This document shows, one piece after another, positions 31,440-41,845 of a DNA stretch of 64,000 nt (within the stretch, counting starts at the first letter, position 1; each line of letters begins with the position of its first letter). A model generated the notes under the pieces. It worked only from the letters and a program-made list of their open reading frames with translations, searched no databases and had not been told where the DNA came from. The position numbers and the translations under genes were made by a program. The stretch covers positions 128,001 to 192,000 of the forward strand of contig JALGVJ010000001.1 of the NCBI GenBank assembly GCA_029838195.1, in the 5' to 3' direction. The DNA is from Promethearchaeota archaeon (GTDB lineage: Archaea; Asgardarchaeota; Lokiarchaeia; Sigyniarchaeales; SOKP01).

Positions 31440-32123
31440 CTATTTCATTTCTTTGCCCGATCGAGTAATAACCAATAATACAATGAGGAGAATGACGCAT
31501 AGTAATAATGTCAGCACGCCCATCGCAACTGGAGCCCAAATATAAGTGAGATAGAGGAAAGCGGGAATGAACAGAGCATCAATTACTAAGATGGCCAAGA
31601 AATTTACTTCTTCTCCTTTTACTTCTGATACTAAAGGAATGATGGCTAATAGGATCAAAAGAGTTACTCCCCCACGGAAACCTAATAAATAGGTGCTATT
31701 TACCCACGATTCAATTTCAAAGGTATCCGTGTACAAGTCAGGAAAATAAAATACCCATAATTGAAACGTATTTTTCTGGAGATCAGGTCTTACTTGGTTA
31801 GCAGGGATGATAGCGGCGACAATTACTTGAACCAAGATGCCCAAAAGTAAGAAGAGGATTTGATCATCTAAATCTCTTTTTTTTCTTAACACGCCAATTA
31901 AATCCCGAATCATGCAAATATTCCATAATATTACTAATACCATGTACACGCCTAACACATCAAAACCCAATAACCATAAATAATTAACGGGCAATGTAGC
32001 AATGATATAGGCTAAATATCCATATTTTTCATTTCGCTGGAAAACATCAAAAAATAGAAAGATTCCCCATATGAGGAAAAATATCGTCAAAAGAATTATT
32101 GCATTCAGTTCAAATTCAGCCAT
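31440..32123 (-). CDS. Multi-pass membrane protein, unknown function
   Basis: 227 aa, about 7 hydrophobic segments. Confidence 0.75.
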   Translation of the reverse strand: MAEFELNAIILLTIFFLIWGIFLFFDVFQRNEKYGYLAYIIATLPVNYLWLLGFDVLGVYMVLVILWNICMIRDLIGVLRKKRDLDDQILFLLLGILVQVIVAAIIPANQVRPDLQKNTFQLWVFYFPDLYTDTFEIESWVNSTYLLGFRGGVTLLILLAIIPLVSEVKGEEVNFLAILVIDALFIPAFLYLTYIWAPVAMGVLTLLLCVILLIVLLVITRSGKEMK

Positions 32124-32252
32124 TTAAATATCCACTCATTTTATTTTTATTTCATATTTATGTTAAATTTATTTATTATAATAATTTTAAAATTTTTAAA
32201 TTCAAGGGTTTAAAAATGCCTTGAATTAATTTTTCGTGAAAATTTAAGTAAA

Positions 32253-33638
32253 TTATTTTTCAACCAATAGTTGTTCAATTGTTTTAATCATTTTTAAAGC
32301 TTGTTCTTCATCGTCTGATTCAGCAGAAAGTAAGATGGCGTCCCGATTTAGCGCAACTTTGACAATACAAGTAGCCTCGTTTTCGATTATTTGTAATTCG
32401 TTAATGATATCTTGATACTTCAAACCCACTTCATTAACTTTTTCAATTAATTTATTATGGATGTTTTCAATAGAATCCAAGTTGATATTGATTGATTTAT
32501 TCACTTTTTTCCCTTTTGGAAATCCCTGGATGAGAGAACTAATTAAATCATTTTCTTTGCTCATGATATCTAATATTTTCAAGAGGATGAAATTCCCATC
32601 ACTAAACGGTGCTAATTGGGGGAAATAAAATTTTAAAGTAATGGCGGCTCCGAAACAAGCACGCTCTTCTCTTACTTGCCGAGAAATCTCTCCCGGCGAA
32701 TTATTAATTTGTTTGACGATAAATCCTTCCTCTTCAATAAAATCTTTAACAATTGGCGAAACGGACGTAGAGAGGATGATCTTGCTGGATTTGGATTTCT
32801 GTATTTTCTCATCATGCCTAACAAATAACATGACCAGATCATCAAACCCGATTTCTAATCCATTTTCATCCAATACCAAAATGCGAGAGCCATCTACATC
32901 GAAACATACTCCCATTTGACTATTTGATGCTTTCACGATATTTGCCGTGTTACGTAGTGTTTTTATGCTAGGAATGGCGTGGAGTGAGCGTTTTTTATAG
33001 TGCGTGTTTAAGGCAATAATTTCTACTCCTAAGTCATTAAATAAAATAGGCGTTGTTCTTCCTGTAGGGCCATAAGAACAATCCACAACGATCTTGAAAT
33101 TCGAATTCTTAATCCTTTCCTTATTTACAAATTGAGTTAATGATTTAATGTAGATATCTTCCGTTTGAGGAATGTTTGTAATATCCGATATATCTGTAGG
33201 CGCCATTCGCCGCACGCTTTTAGGATAATTGTTATATGCTTCAATGATTTTATTTATTTCTGATTGTGAAAATTCAAATCCTCCCGCATCTACAAATCGA
33301 ATACCCACATCAGAACTATAAAGATGTCCACCGGAGAAATAAATCCCTCCACTTGCACCAAAACGTCTAATCGTGAATTGTAGTAAAGGAAACGTGCACA
33401 CGGATAAATCTAACAATTTAACTCCAGTAGATAATACACCAGCTGAATAAGCAATTTTTAACATGCGACAATCATTATGATAATCCCGTCCCATAACAAG
33501 AGATTCATTCGAATTAAAAAAACTTCCATGAATTGAACCCAAGGAACTTGCGATTTCGGGAGTAAATAAGAAATTTGCTTTACCAATGATTCTTCCGTCT
33601 CTCAAGAGTTTAGATAAATCCTCGACCATTAAAATCAA
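32253..33638 (-). CDS. Phosphoglucomutase/phosphomannomutase-fold protein with degenerate active site
   Basis: GKAN..FTPE, GRD, VVDCSYG; SHNP loop replaced by FSGGHL and DxDxDR replaced by DVDGSR. Confidence 0.8.
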   Translation of the reverse strand: MILMVEDLSKLLRDGRIIGKANFLFTPEIASSLGSIHGSFFNSNESLVMGRDYHNDCRMLKIAYSAGVLSTGVKLLDLSVCTFPLLQFTIRRFGASGGIYFSGGHLYSSDVGIRFVDAGGFEFSQSEINKIIEAYNNYPKSVRRMAPTDISDITNIPQTEDIYIKSLTQFVNKERIKNSNFKIVVDCSYGPTGRTTPILFNDLGVEIIALNTHYKKRSLHAIPSIKTLRNTANIVKASNSQMGVCFDVDGSRILVLDENGLEIGFDDLVMLFVRHDEKIQKSKSSKIILSTSVSPIVKDFIEEEGFIVKQINNSPGEISRQVREERACFGAAITLKFYFPQLAPFSDGNFILLKILDIMSKENDLISSLIQGFPKGKKVNKSININLDSIENIHNKLIEKVNEVGLKYQDIINELQIIENEATCIVKVALNRDAILLSAESDDEEQALKMIKTIEQLLVEK

Positions 33639-33959
33639 TTATTATTTGGAATTTTCTTTTTCTAAATATAATTCAATAAAAATAATTAAATTATGGTTGA
33701 TATAATTAATCATTTTTTCTATTTCTTTTTTCTAAATAATAATAAAAAAGGGTAAAATTACATTTACACGATTACATTATTTATACGATTATCCTAAACT
33801 AAAAATATTTTAACGTTCTATTTTAGTGAAATATGAGGTAATTATTGAGAGGTCAAGATAATATTTCAAAATACGGGAATTCCACGTTAAATCCGTGATA
33901 AAATTAATGAATCATGAAGGATGTTAATATTCTAACTAATAGAAAAAAAGTCGCATTAC

Positions 33960-36900
33960 ATGAAAATTAAGAGAAACATTCGGCTAAAATACGAATTAAA
34001 TGGCAATATCTTTTCTCAACGTGGAGATATTGATTTTGGTGGAGATATTCAAAGAGTTAGAAAGTTTGTGGAGAAGATTAATCAAAAAAAAGAATTAATC
34101 AAAATTCCTGAACCTGCACTTCGTACCGGGTTGATTAATGGAGTCGATATAATTTTTGAGGTTTATAATTATTTATTAAAGATATATAAAAAAGAAATCA
34201 ATCAGGAAAATTTAAATGAAGAATTACACGAATATTTAAGAGAAGAGATGGGCGATGAGGATTTAGAGAAGATACTGATTTCATATTTAGAAGAATTTCC
34301 TCCTCCCGCAATTTTCAATAATGAATTAACCCCCAAGGAGTATTTAGAAAAGGAAATAGGAAACCGTAAAAATGAGGTTCTTCTTTTGGAGGATCTCATC
34401 ATTCTCTGGATTGGAAACGAAAATCCTTCTTTTACTCAATATCTAGAATTTTTTGATGATGAGATTTTAGAAAAGACTACAAATTATTCCATTTTTTTAG
34501 AGAAAACAATTACTTTTTTTGAAAATAAGCCTCCTTTCGGTCCAAAAAATGAATCCATAATAGAAATGTTACAGGAGCCTTCAAGAGAACATCCGAACTC
34601 GATAAAAGATCAATTAGAGTATATTTTAAAAAATTGGAGTCATTTAATTGGGGATCTTTATTATAAAATTCTCTTGGCCTTGGATTTAATCAACGAGGAG
34701 GAAAGATTAAGAGGGTTAGGGGCAGGAGAATCCAAGGTTTATGTATATGATCTGTCCGAGGAGGAGCATTATACTCCTGATAAAGATTGGATGCCCAAAG
34801 TCGTAATGATTGCAAAAAATGTATATGTTTGGTTGGATCAACTTTCTAAAAAATATGGACGTAACATTACAAAACTCCATGAAATTCCTGATGAAGAATT
34901 AGATATCTTAAGTAATCGAGGATTCACGGCTTTATGGCTCATTGGCGTTTGGGATAGAAGTCAAGCTTCTAAGACCATAAAACGATGGTGCGGAAATCCC
35001 GAAGCAGAAGCCAGTGCGTATTCCATTTATGATTACGTGATATCACCTGATTTAGGTGGTCCGGATTCTTTTTATAATTTAAAGGAAAGAGCATGGAGGC
35101 GAGGAATTAGATTAGCATGTGATATGGTCCCCAATCACATGGGAATCGTTTCAAAATGGACAATTGAACATCCTGATTGGTTTATTTCATTACCTTATCC
35201 CCCCTTTCCTTCGTATAGTTATACAGGAGCTAATTTATCCGGGCACCCGAATATAGGAATCTATTTGGAAGATAAATATTATACCCGAACAGATGCCGCC
35301 GTAACCTTCAAACATGTTGAATTTAATACGGGTATCACGCGCTATATTTATCATGGAAATGATGGAACGCACCTTCCATGGAATGATACGGCTCAATTAA
35401 ATTATCTTCTTCCTGAGGTTAGAGAAGCTGTCATTCAAAAAATAATAGAAATTTCGCGAATTTTTCCCATTATTCGATTTGACGCCGCAATGACTTTAAC
35501 CAAAAAACATTATCAACGACTTTGGTTTCCCGAACCAGGTACTGGTGGCGCAATTCCTTCCAGAGCAGAACATGGTCTCACGAAGGAAGAATTTGATAAA
35601 GCCATGCCAAATGAATTTTGGAGAGAAGTTGTCGATCGCATTAATATAGAAAATCCGGACACTCTTCTTTTAGCAGAAGCTTTTTGGTTATTGGAAGGAT
35701 ATTTTGTTAGAACTCTTGGCATGCATCGTGTATATAATTCAGCTTTCATGAACATGTTACGAGATGAAGATAATGCTAAATATAGGCAAGTATTAAAAAA
35801 TACCTTGGAGTTTGATCCTCAAATTTTAAAACGTTTTGTCAATTTCATGAATAATCCCGATGAAGAGACCGCAATAAAGCAATTTGGAACGGGAGATAAG
35901 TATTTTGGCACGTGTACTTTACTGGTTACCATGCCGGGATTACCCTTGTTTGGACATGGACAAATTGAAGGTTTTAAAGAAAAGTATGGAATGGAGTATA
36001 GACGAGCGTATTGGAACGAAGAAATTGATTGGGATCTTGTCAAGCATCATGAAGATACCATTTTTCCATTAATGAAAAAACGATATTTATTCGCAGACGT
36101 AGAACATTTTGTTTTATATGATTTTTGGGAAGGAGATCATGTGAACGAGGATGTATTTGCTTATTCAAATCGATACGGAAATGAAAAAGCTCTCGTAATT
36201 TATCACAATAAATTCGCTGAAACAAGAGGGTATATAAAAAATTCTGTTGCATTTAAAGGAACAAAAGAGAGTGAAACACTCACGCAAACCACGCTTGCAG
36301 AAGCATTAGATCTTCCAAAAGATAATTATTGCATTTTTAAAGATTTTAAAACTGGACTTGAATACATTAGAAAGAACGCAGATTTACATGAAAAAGGATT
36401 ATATATAGAACTTTTCGCTTATAAAGTATATGTTTTTATGGAATTTCAGGTGGTTCGTGATAATGAATTTTTTCATTATGCTAAATTACATGAATTTTTA
36501 GGCGGAAGAGGAGTTCCAAACATCCAAGAGGCTTTACAACAAATCATTTATCAACCATTACACAATGCTTTATCGGAGTTGTTAAATAAGAACATGTATG
36601 AAAAAATATTAAACATGAGGATGATTGATTCTAATGCTTTAGAAGAAATTGCCGCAAAATTACATTCCTTCTTCCAATTGGTTAAAAAATATACGAATCG
36701 CCACGTTATTGATGATTCAATAATAGTGGAAGAAATATTGACAAAAATTAAAATCATTAAGTCCATGGAACTTCTCATTTCTGAAATTTCGATTCCTCAA
36801 GATTTAAAAAGATTCCTAATTGATTTACCTCCTCAAGATGAGTTCGAAAATGCTATCTTGCTCACTTGGAATTTCATTCATCTTATTGGTAAACTTAATT

Positions 36901-37373
36901 CTAAAGAAAACCACGAACGAGAAAGCATTTATTGGATTGAAGAATGGCGGTTAACAGAAGTAATGAGAAATATTTTGGAAAAATTTAAGTTTCAAAACAC
37001 GAATGAAATTGAAAATGCAATTGCTCTTATTAAAATAATGATACTCTATCAAAAATGGTTTTTTAATATAGATATTAATGATAAAAAATCAGAGCACCTT
37101 TTAATTCAAATTTTTGGCGACAATTTAATCAAATCCTTTTTAAAAGTAAATCAATTTCAAGGAAAATTATGGTTTAATGCAGAGGCCTTCGATTCTCTTA
37201 TTAAATGGCTTTCTCTATTAGCAATAATCAACTCATTTGTGAAAAAAGATTCTTATTCTCACGAACGTCTTAAGGATTTTTTGATTACCATGAGATCTTG
37301 GAAATCTGCTGCTTTAAAATCTGAGTATCAAGTAAAAAATGTAATAGATATCATTAAATCTAAAAATCTTTAA
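33960..37373 (+). CDS. Large GH13 alpha-glucan-active enzyme with N- and C-terminal helical extensions
   Basis: LWLIGVWDRS, CDMVPNH, IRFDAAM, LLAEAFW, FMNNPDE. Confidence 0.88.
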   Translation: MKIKRNIRLKYELNGNIFSQRGDIDFGGDIQRVRKFVEKINQKKELIKIPEPALRTGLINGVDIIFEVYNYLLKIYKKEINQENLNEELHEYLREEMGDEDLEKILISYLEEFPPPAIFNNELTPKEYLEKEIGNRKNEVLLLEDLIILWIGNENPSFTQYLEFFDDEILEKTTNYSIFLEKTITFFENKPPFGPKNESIIEMLQEPSREHPNSIKDQLEYILKNWSHLIGDLYYKILLALDLINEEERLRGLGAGESKVYVYDLSEEEHYTPDKDWMPKVVMIAKNVYVWLDQLSKKYGRNITKLHEIPDEELDILSNRGFTALWLIGVWDRSQASKTIKRWCGNPEAEASAYSIYDYVISPDLGGPDSFYNLKERAWRRGIRLACDMVPNHMGIVSKWTIEHPDWFISLPYPPFPSYSYTGANLSGHPNIGIYLEDKYYTRTDAAVTFKHVEFNTGITRYIYHGNDGTHLPWNDTAQLNYLLPEVREAVIQKIIEISRIFPIIRFDAAMTLTKKHYQRLWFPEPGTGGAIPSRAEHGLTKEEFDKAMPNEFWREVVDRINIENPDTLLLAEAFWLLEGYFVRTLGMHRVYNSAFMNMLRDEDNAKYRQVLKNTLEFDPQILKRFVNFMNNPDEETAIKQFGTGDKYFGTCTLLVTMPGLPLFGHGQIEGFKEKYGMEYRRAYWNEEIDWDLVKHHEDTIFPLMKKRYLFADVEHFVLYDFWEGDHVNEDVFAYSNRYGNEKALVIYHNKFAETRGYIKNSVAFKGTKESETLTQTTLAEALDLPKDNYCIFKDFKTGLEYIRKNADLHEKGLYIELFAYKVYVFMEFQVVRDNEFFHYAKLHEFLGGRGVPNIQEALQQIIYQPLHNALSELLNKNMYEKILNMRMIDSNALEEIAAKLHSFFQLVKKYTNRHVIDDSIIVEEILTKIKIIKSMELLISEISIPQDLKRFLIDLPPQDEFENAILLTWNFIHLIGKLNSKENHERESIYWIEEWRLTEVMRNILEKFKFQNTNEIENAIALIKIMILYQKWFFNIDINDKKSEHLLIQIFGDNLIKSFLKVNQFQGKLWFNAEAFDSLIKWLSLLAIINSFVKKDSYSHERLKDFLITMRSWKSAALKSEYQVKNVIDIIKSKNL

Positions 37374-37587
37374 TTTTTTCCCCTGATAAATAAATAATTT
37401 AAAGTAATGAAAAAATCAGGAACCCTTTTCTGAATTTAATAAAAAATTTATTAGTATTTTAAAAGATAATATCGAATTTTTAATCCATGGAATTAAAATA
37501 ATAGCAATTTAAGTCAAAATCTTTTAAATAGGGTCTAATATAACTTAATGAGAAGCATGAAATAATAGATCTATCTATTCTTCATCA

Positions 37588-38739
37588 TTAAATGGTCATA
37601 CCTAAATCAAGTGATTTATCTCTTATTTGAATATTATCAGAAATCTTACAATTTGGGCCTACAACGGCTCTTTCTAACAGGACATTGTCTCCGATTTCAC
37701 AATTATTACATATTACGGTTTCCTTGATTATACATCCTTCTCCAATCTTCACGTTATCCCAAATCACGCTTTTCTCTACAATGGTATCTTGGCCAATACT
37801 AACATGATTCCCTATACTACATAATTCTTTTATTTTTACTCTATTTGCTAATTCCACGTATTCTCCAAAACAAGTCGTTCGTTCTATGATGACATCTTGC
37901 CCCGAATTTATAATTCCTGTAACAAAGATTCCATCGTACTCCGTCCCTTTAGGCGTAATGGGCCAAGCATATTTTCTCAAAAGGTCCCAATTCGCCCATA
38001 AATAAGTTTGAGCATTCCCACAATCTAACCAATAATAATCCTTAACAAATCCGAATAAATTATAATTATTTTCTAGTAAATATGGAAACACTTCTCCCCC
38101 AAAATCCATTAAACGTGTCTCATGTAAAATATCTCCCATCTTTTTATTAAAAGCATAAATCCCTGTATTTATAACATTAGTATGGAGAAATAAATCCGTT
38201 CTTTGTGCCATCGTACTTAAATATAACTCCATAGGTGCGGGTTTCTCCAAAAATAAATATATTCTACGATCACCATCTAAAAGCACGACACCATACTGAG
38301 ATATATGGGTATCCACCGTTTTCATCGATATCGTAGCTATACCGCCTTTCTTGAGGTGAAACTGCATGAATTCCTTCATGGGTAGATTCGTGACAATATC
38401 AGCCATCGAAACTATAATATTTTCAGAATCAAAGTGATCAGTGAGAAGCCTATAAGCATCAGCCGTTCCCTTGCTATCATTGATAATGCATTCTAATTCA
38501 ACATCCCCTAACCGTTCTTGAGTCCACGTTTTCTTAATATATTCTTCTAATTTTTTCCCCATGAAGGCTAACGCTACAATAATGTGTTTTATCCCAGCAT
38601 AGGTTAAATGAGCAATGGAAAAATCTATCATTGGGACATTTGCGACCTTGATTAGAGGTTTTGGAATTTCAGATGTTATTGGCATGAGCCTAGTTCCTTT
38701 TCCTCCAGCTAAGATCATGGCACTCCAATCTCTGGACAC
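37588..38739 (-). CDS. NDP-sugar pyrophosphorylase (mannose-1-P guanylyltransferase / glucose-1-P adenylyltransferase-like)
   Basis: ILAGGKGTRL.P.T...PKP, GTADA, FLEKP, NTGIY, DFGGEVFP, YWLDCG, C-terminal hexapeptide repeats; GGAGGGTG upstream of GTG. Confidence 0.88.
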   Translation of the reverse strand: MSRDWSAMILAGGKGTRLMPITSEIPKPLIKVANVPMIDFSIAHLTYAGIKHIIVALAFMGKKLEEYIKKTWTQERLGDVELECIINDSKGTADAYRLLTDHFDSENIIVSMADIVTNLPMKEFMQFHLKKGGIATISMKTVDTHISQYGVVLLDGDRRIYLFLEKPAPMELYLSTMAQRTDLFLHTNVINTGIYAFNKKMGDILHETRLMDFGGEVFPYLLENNYNLFGFVKDYYWLDCGNAQTYLWANWDLLRKYAWPITPKGTEYDGIFVTGIINSGQDVIIERTTCFGEYVELANRVKIKELCSIGNHVSIGQDTIVEKSVIWDNVKIGEGCIIKETVICNNCEIGDNVLLERAVVGPNCKISDNIQIRDKSLDLGMTI

Positions 38740-39075
38740 TTAGAAAACACCCTCCAAGATTAAAAACTATTAACTATTGTCTTGTAAAAAGATGTTATTT
38801 AAAGGATTAAAGGTTTGTGACCCTAAAATATTTTTTTTTAAAAATTACAACATAAAATGGATTAGTAAAAAATTTTCCTTTTGTTTACTAATATAAATTT
38901 GGCTTTATAATTTTAACGCTCGTTTAATGAATTTTAAGAATTCATTAAATGCTCTATTCTTTTAAATGATATATCCATTATCTATGATTCTCACGTTATT
39001 TAAATTAAGATTAAGGCCCTTTTATTAATGATAATTGCGTTCAAGCAATAACATGTCTTAAATTGCATGTAAAAT

Positions 39076-40365
39076 TTAAGAAAGGGCATGTTTTTTTTCT
39101 AAATCTTTTAAGGTTTCTCTAATTTTCCTTGCAGTTTGATGAGGAAGCATGCGGGCAACTCTCATGTCATCTGCTAATTCAGCACCTCCGATGATTTCAT
39201 GAGGGATTAAATCACCAAAAAGATGAAAATTAGCATCATAACCGAAAGGACAATTATTAAATAAGATATTCCGGTTAGGGTCAATATTTAGAGAGTCTAA
39301 TGCGATAGAGATTTTTTTTAATCCCTCTGCTAAATCTTTAAACTGATTAATATTTAATTGAGAAAATCTTCTCACGTGTTCTTTTGGATGAAATCGTATG
39401 TGATAATTTCTTACGGGGCTTCCTGTTGTATACCATATCCAATAGGGCGTTTTCATTATAATGCGATCACTATTTCCGTGAGTAGTTGTACAAAGTTGGC
39501 AATGATCTCCCATTTCTTTAAAAGCTTCCAAATATCCTTCCAAGCGGCTTCCATGACCGTCCATGTTTAAATCTATATAAATTTGTCCGTGGATTCTGGG
39601 TTGGCTCCCTCCTGCTTTTGTCCCGATATTAAAGAAAGGAGAAACAGGAATATCATAAAAATCTCGCTCAATTGCTTCTTGCACGCAATGGAGTATGGTT
39701 GCTTTCATGGATAAAAATATACCGGTCAATACATCCACGGGAATTAAATGAAAACAGCGAGAGGGATAAAAATGCCTTGAAATGGTAAGTAAATTAATAC
39801 CCCGGGCTAATTTGAGATGGGGTGGTAATTGTTTTTTGATTCGAATCTCTAAATCTTCATCAATGATTCTACACATGGCGGGATATCTATTTATTAAGGT
39901 GAGAGCTTTAACAGATTCATCAATTCTTACTGCCTTACGAGGCATTGCAGTGAAGGCATTATCTATTATCTTTTCATCTTCTGCAATCACCACGGTATAT
40001 CCATCTCCTAGAGGATTTCCTCTCTCATCTTTAATGATCTTTCCTTCTGTAATGGTCATGAAAATGTCTTTAATGCTTATTATGGTATCTTCCGAGCAAC
40101 GGATTTTTTCAATTTTCTTCTCAATATTTTCAATATTTTTAGGGCGTTTAGCACGAACGGGACTTAGATAAGCATAATGACCATAAAACCTTTTTTTTTC
40201 TTTTCTAAGCCCGAACTCTTTAGAATGGATGGTGACCGTGCTTAATGGGTCCCATCTTTTTATGGGAATATCATAGATATCTTTAAAATTATATTTTTTG
40301 ATTATGCCCCATTCCATAAATTTTATTTTTTTAGGATCAAGTCGTTCCATGATTTTTTCCCTCAA
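39076..40365 (-). CDS. GalT-like (HIT superfamily) sugar-1-phosphate nucleotidyltransferase/phosphorylase
   Basis: RWDPL...R, NRYPA, FFNIG..AGGSQPRIHGQIY, C..C. Confidence 0.75.
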   Translation of the reverse strand: MREKIMERLDPKKIKFMEWGIIKKYNFKDIYDIPIKRWDPLSTVTIHSKEFGLRKEKKRFYGHYAYLSPVRAKRPKNIENIEKKIEKIRCSEDTIISIKDIFMTITEGKIIKDERGNPLGDGYTVVIAEDEKIIDNAFTAMPRKAVRIDESVKALTLINRYPAMCRIIDEDLEIRIKKQLPPHLKLARGINLLTISRHFYPSRCFHLIPVDVLTGIFLSMKATILHCVQEAIERDFYDIPVSPFFNIGTKAGGSQPRIHGQIYIDLNMDGHGSRLEGYLEAFKEMGDHCQLCTTTHGNSDRIIMKTPYWIWYTTGSPVRNYHIRFHPKEHVRRFSQLNINQFKDLAEGLKKISIALDSLNIDPNRNILFNNCPFGYDANFHLFGDLIPHEIIGGAELADDMRVARMLPHQTARKIRETLKDLEKKHALS

Positions 40366-40421
40366 TTTTATTTATTATTCCTATTTCAAGAGATTTCTTG
40401 ACAAAACTTATAATCAATAAA

Positions 40422-41309
40422 TTAGACGTGTTCATTTAACTTAATTTCTTTCTTTTTAATGCCAAGAATTCCGGGAATTTGTTCAATTTCATCTCGAATT
40501 TGATCATATTGTTCATCATTTAAGTGCACGTAAACTTCATAGAGACATTTATCGAGTTCCCTACATGCGCCTGCTGTATAAATGAGCTTGATGGAATTTT
40601 CGTGTTCTGAAAAAATTTTGGAAATTTGATGAATAATATTTATGTTCGTTTGTTCTCCGAATAGTATCATAATTTTTTGAACGGTGGTTTCATTAATAGG
40701 AATGACCTCTATTTTTATGGAATCACCTGTCATCCGATATCCGATAAAATAATTTTGCTTTTTCCGACTTGCTTCTCGTATTCTTGACAAAAAATTAAAA
40801 GATAAGGGAATAGATTTTCTCTCTTGTAAATTTTTGAAATTTATTAGCATTCCCTCCGTTTCAATATTTTTTAGAGCCAAACTTTTATAAAATTTTTGAA
40901 ATTCAGCGGTTAGGAGATTGTATGCATAGATTACCTTTTCTTTTTCACTAGGGGGTGGAAATGTTAAATAAAATGCTTTATACAAGTCTGGATATTCCCT
41001 TAAAGTGACAACTAAATCATTTAATATTTTTTCATAATACCCGTAATCGGGCTCTTCTTCTGATAAAATGATTGAGATTAAAATTAATTCTGTTCGGCCT
41101 CTTGCCCATTTTGAATCCAGTTTAAAGATCAAGTTTGCTGTTTTTATATTTTTTGAAAAATTATGAGTGAAAAACCCTTCTTCTTCTGTATAAATTAAAC
41201 TCTTTATTTGGTCCATGATCTCCTCACCCAGGTCGTCGCTTAAATTTTCTGGAATGGTGAAATAGATCTCTGCCCCGAGAATTCTATTGAAATAAATGAC
41301 AATTAGCAT
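40422..41309 (-). CDS. Asgard-type uDENN/longin-like domain fused to C-terminal ACT-like domain
   Basis: N-terminal YFNRILGA...P and SKWARGRTELILISII; C-terminal beta-alpha-beta-beta-alpha-beta pattern ending EIEQIPGILGI. Confidence 0.55.
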   Translation of the reverse strand: MLIVIYFNRILGAEIYFTIPENLSDDLGEEIMDQIKSLIYTEEEGFFTHNFSKNIKTANLIFKLDSKWARGRTELILISIILSEEEPDYGYYEKILNDLVVTLREYPDLYKAFYLTFPPPSEKEKVIYAYNLLTAEFQKFYKSLALKNIETEGMLINFKNLQERKSIPLSFNFLSRIREASRKKQNYFIGYRMTGDSIKIEVIPINETTVQKIMILFGEQTNINIIHQISKIFSEHENSIKLIYTAGACRELDKCLYEVYVHLNDEQYDQIRDEIEQIPGILGIKKKEIKLNEHV

Positions 41310-41426
41310 GAGAATAATTGATTATTTTTTTCTTTCAAAATCTAAAATTAATCATGCATAAAATTATTCATGGTCCTTTTTCATGTTTTTCTTTTTATTT
41401 TAAAAAGATTTGGATCATGTCATGTA

Positions 41427-41845
41427 TTAAAAAATGTATTTCATGAGAATTCCGTTAAATTTAAACCTTCTAAAAGCCATTTTATGGCAATTTTCAAGCC
41501 TATCAAGTTTCTGGGAAATATACAAAACGTTCCATGTCTTTTTTGAAGTTAAAATGTCGAATTTTTCTTCCTTCACCATGGAAATAATTTTTTCACCACA
41601 TCCACTTAATCCCAATGAGAATAAGAGAGAAATACTTCATGAATAGGATACAGACCCATGGCTTTTAATTTAGTCATGATCTTTCTTGCTGATAAGGGGG
41701 ACGTCGTAGTATCAATCATTAAGCGTTCATCCTAATTTTCTATGATATAAATGCTCGCATTACCTTTCACTCCAAACATTTCCGCATCAATGAGATGCCA
41801 TTTCTCATTAAATTTCCCTTCGTATCTCACGAAATGGCTTTTCAC
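41427..41845 (-). pseudogene. Degraded MBL-fold metallo-hydrolase
   Basis: Manual translation: VKSHFVRYEGKFNEKWHLIDAEMFGVKGNASIYIIEN*DERLMIDT...KLKAMGLYPIHEVFLSYSHWD*; stops at 41734-41732 and 41608-41606; probable frameshifted continuation KEEKFDILTSKK. Confidence 0.75.

Noticed and set aside
41606-41734. Pyrrolysine or stop-codon recoding in the MBL-like frame
   Set aside because: Both TAG and TAA interrupt the frame, the metal motif is mutated and a frameshift follows, consistent with pseudogenisation
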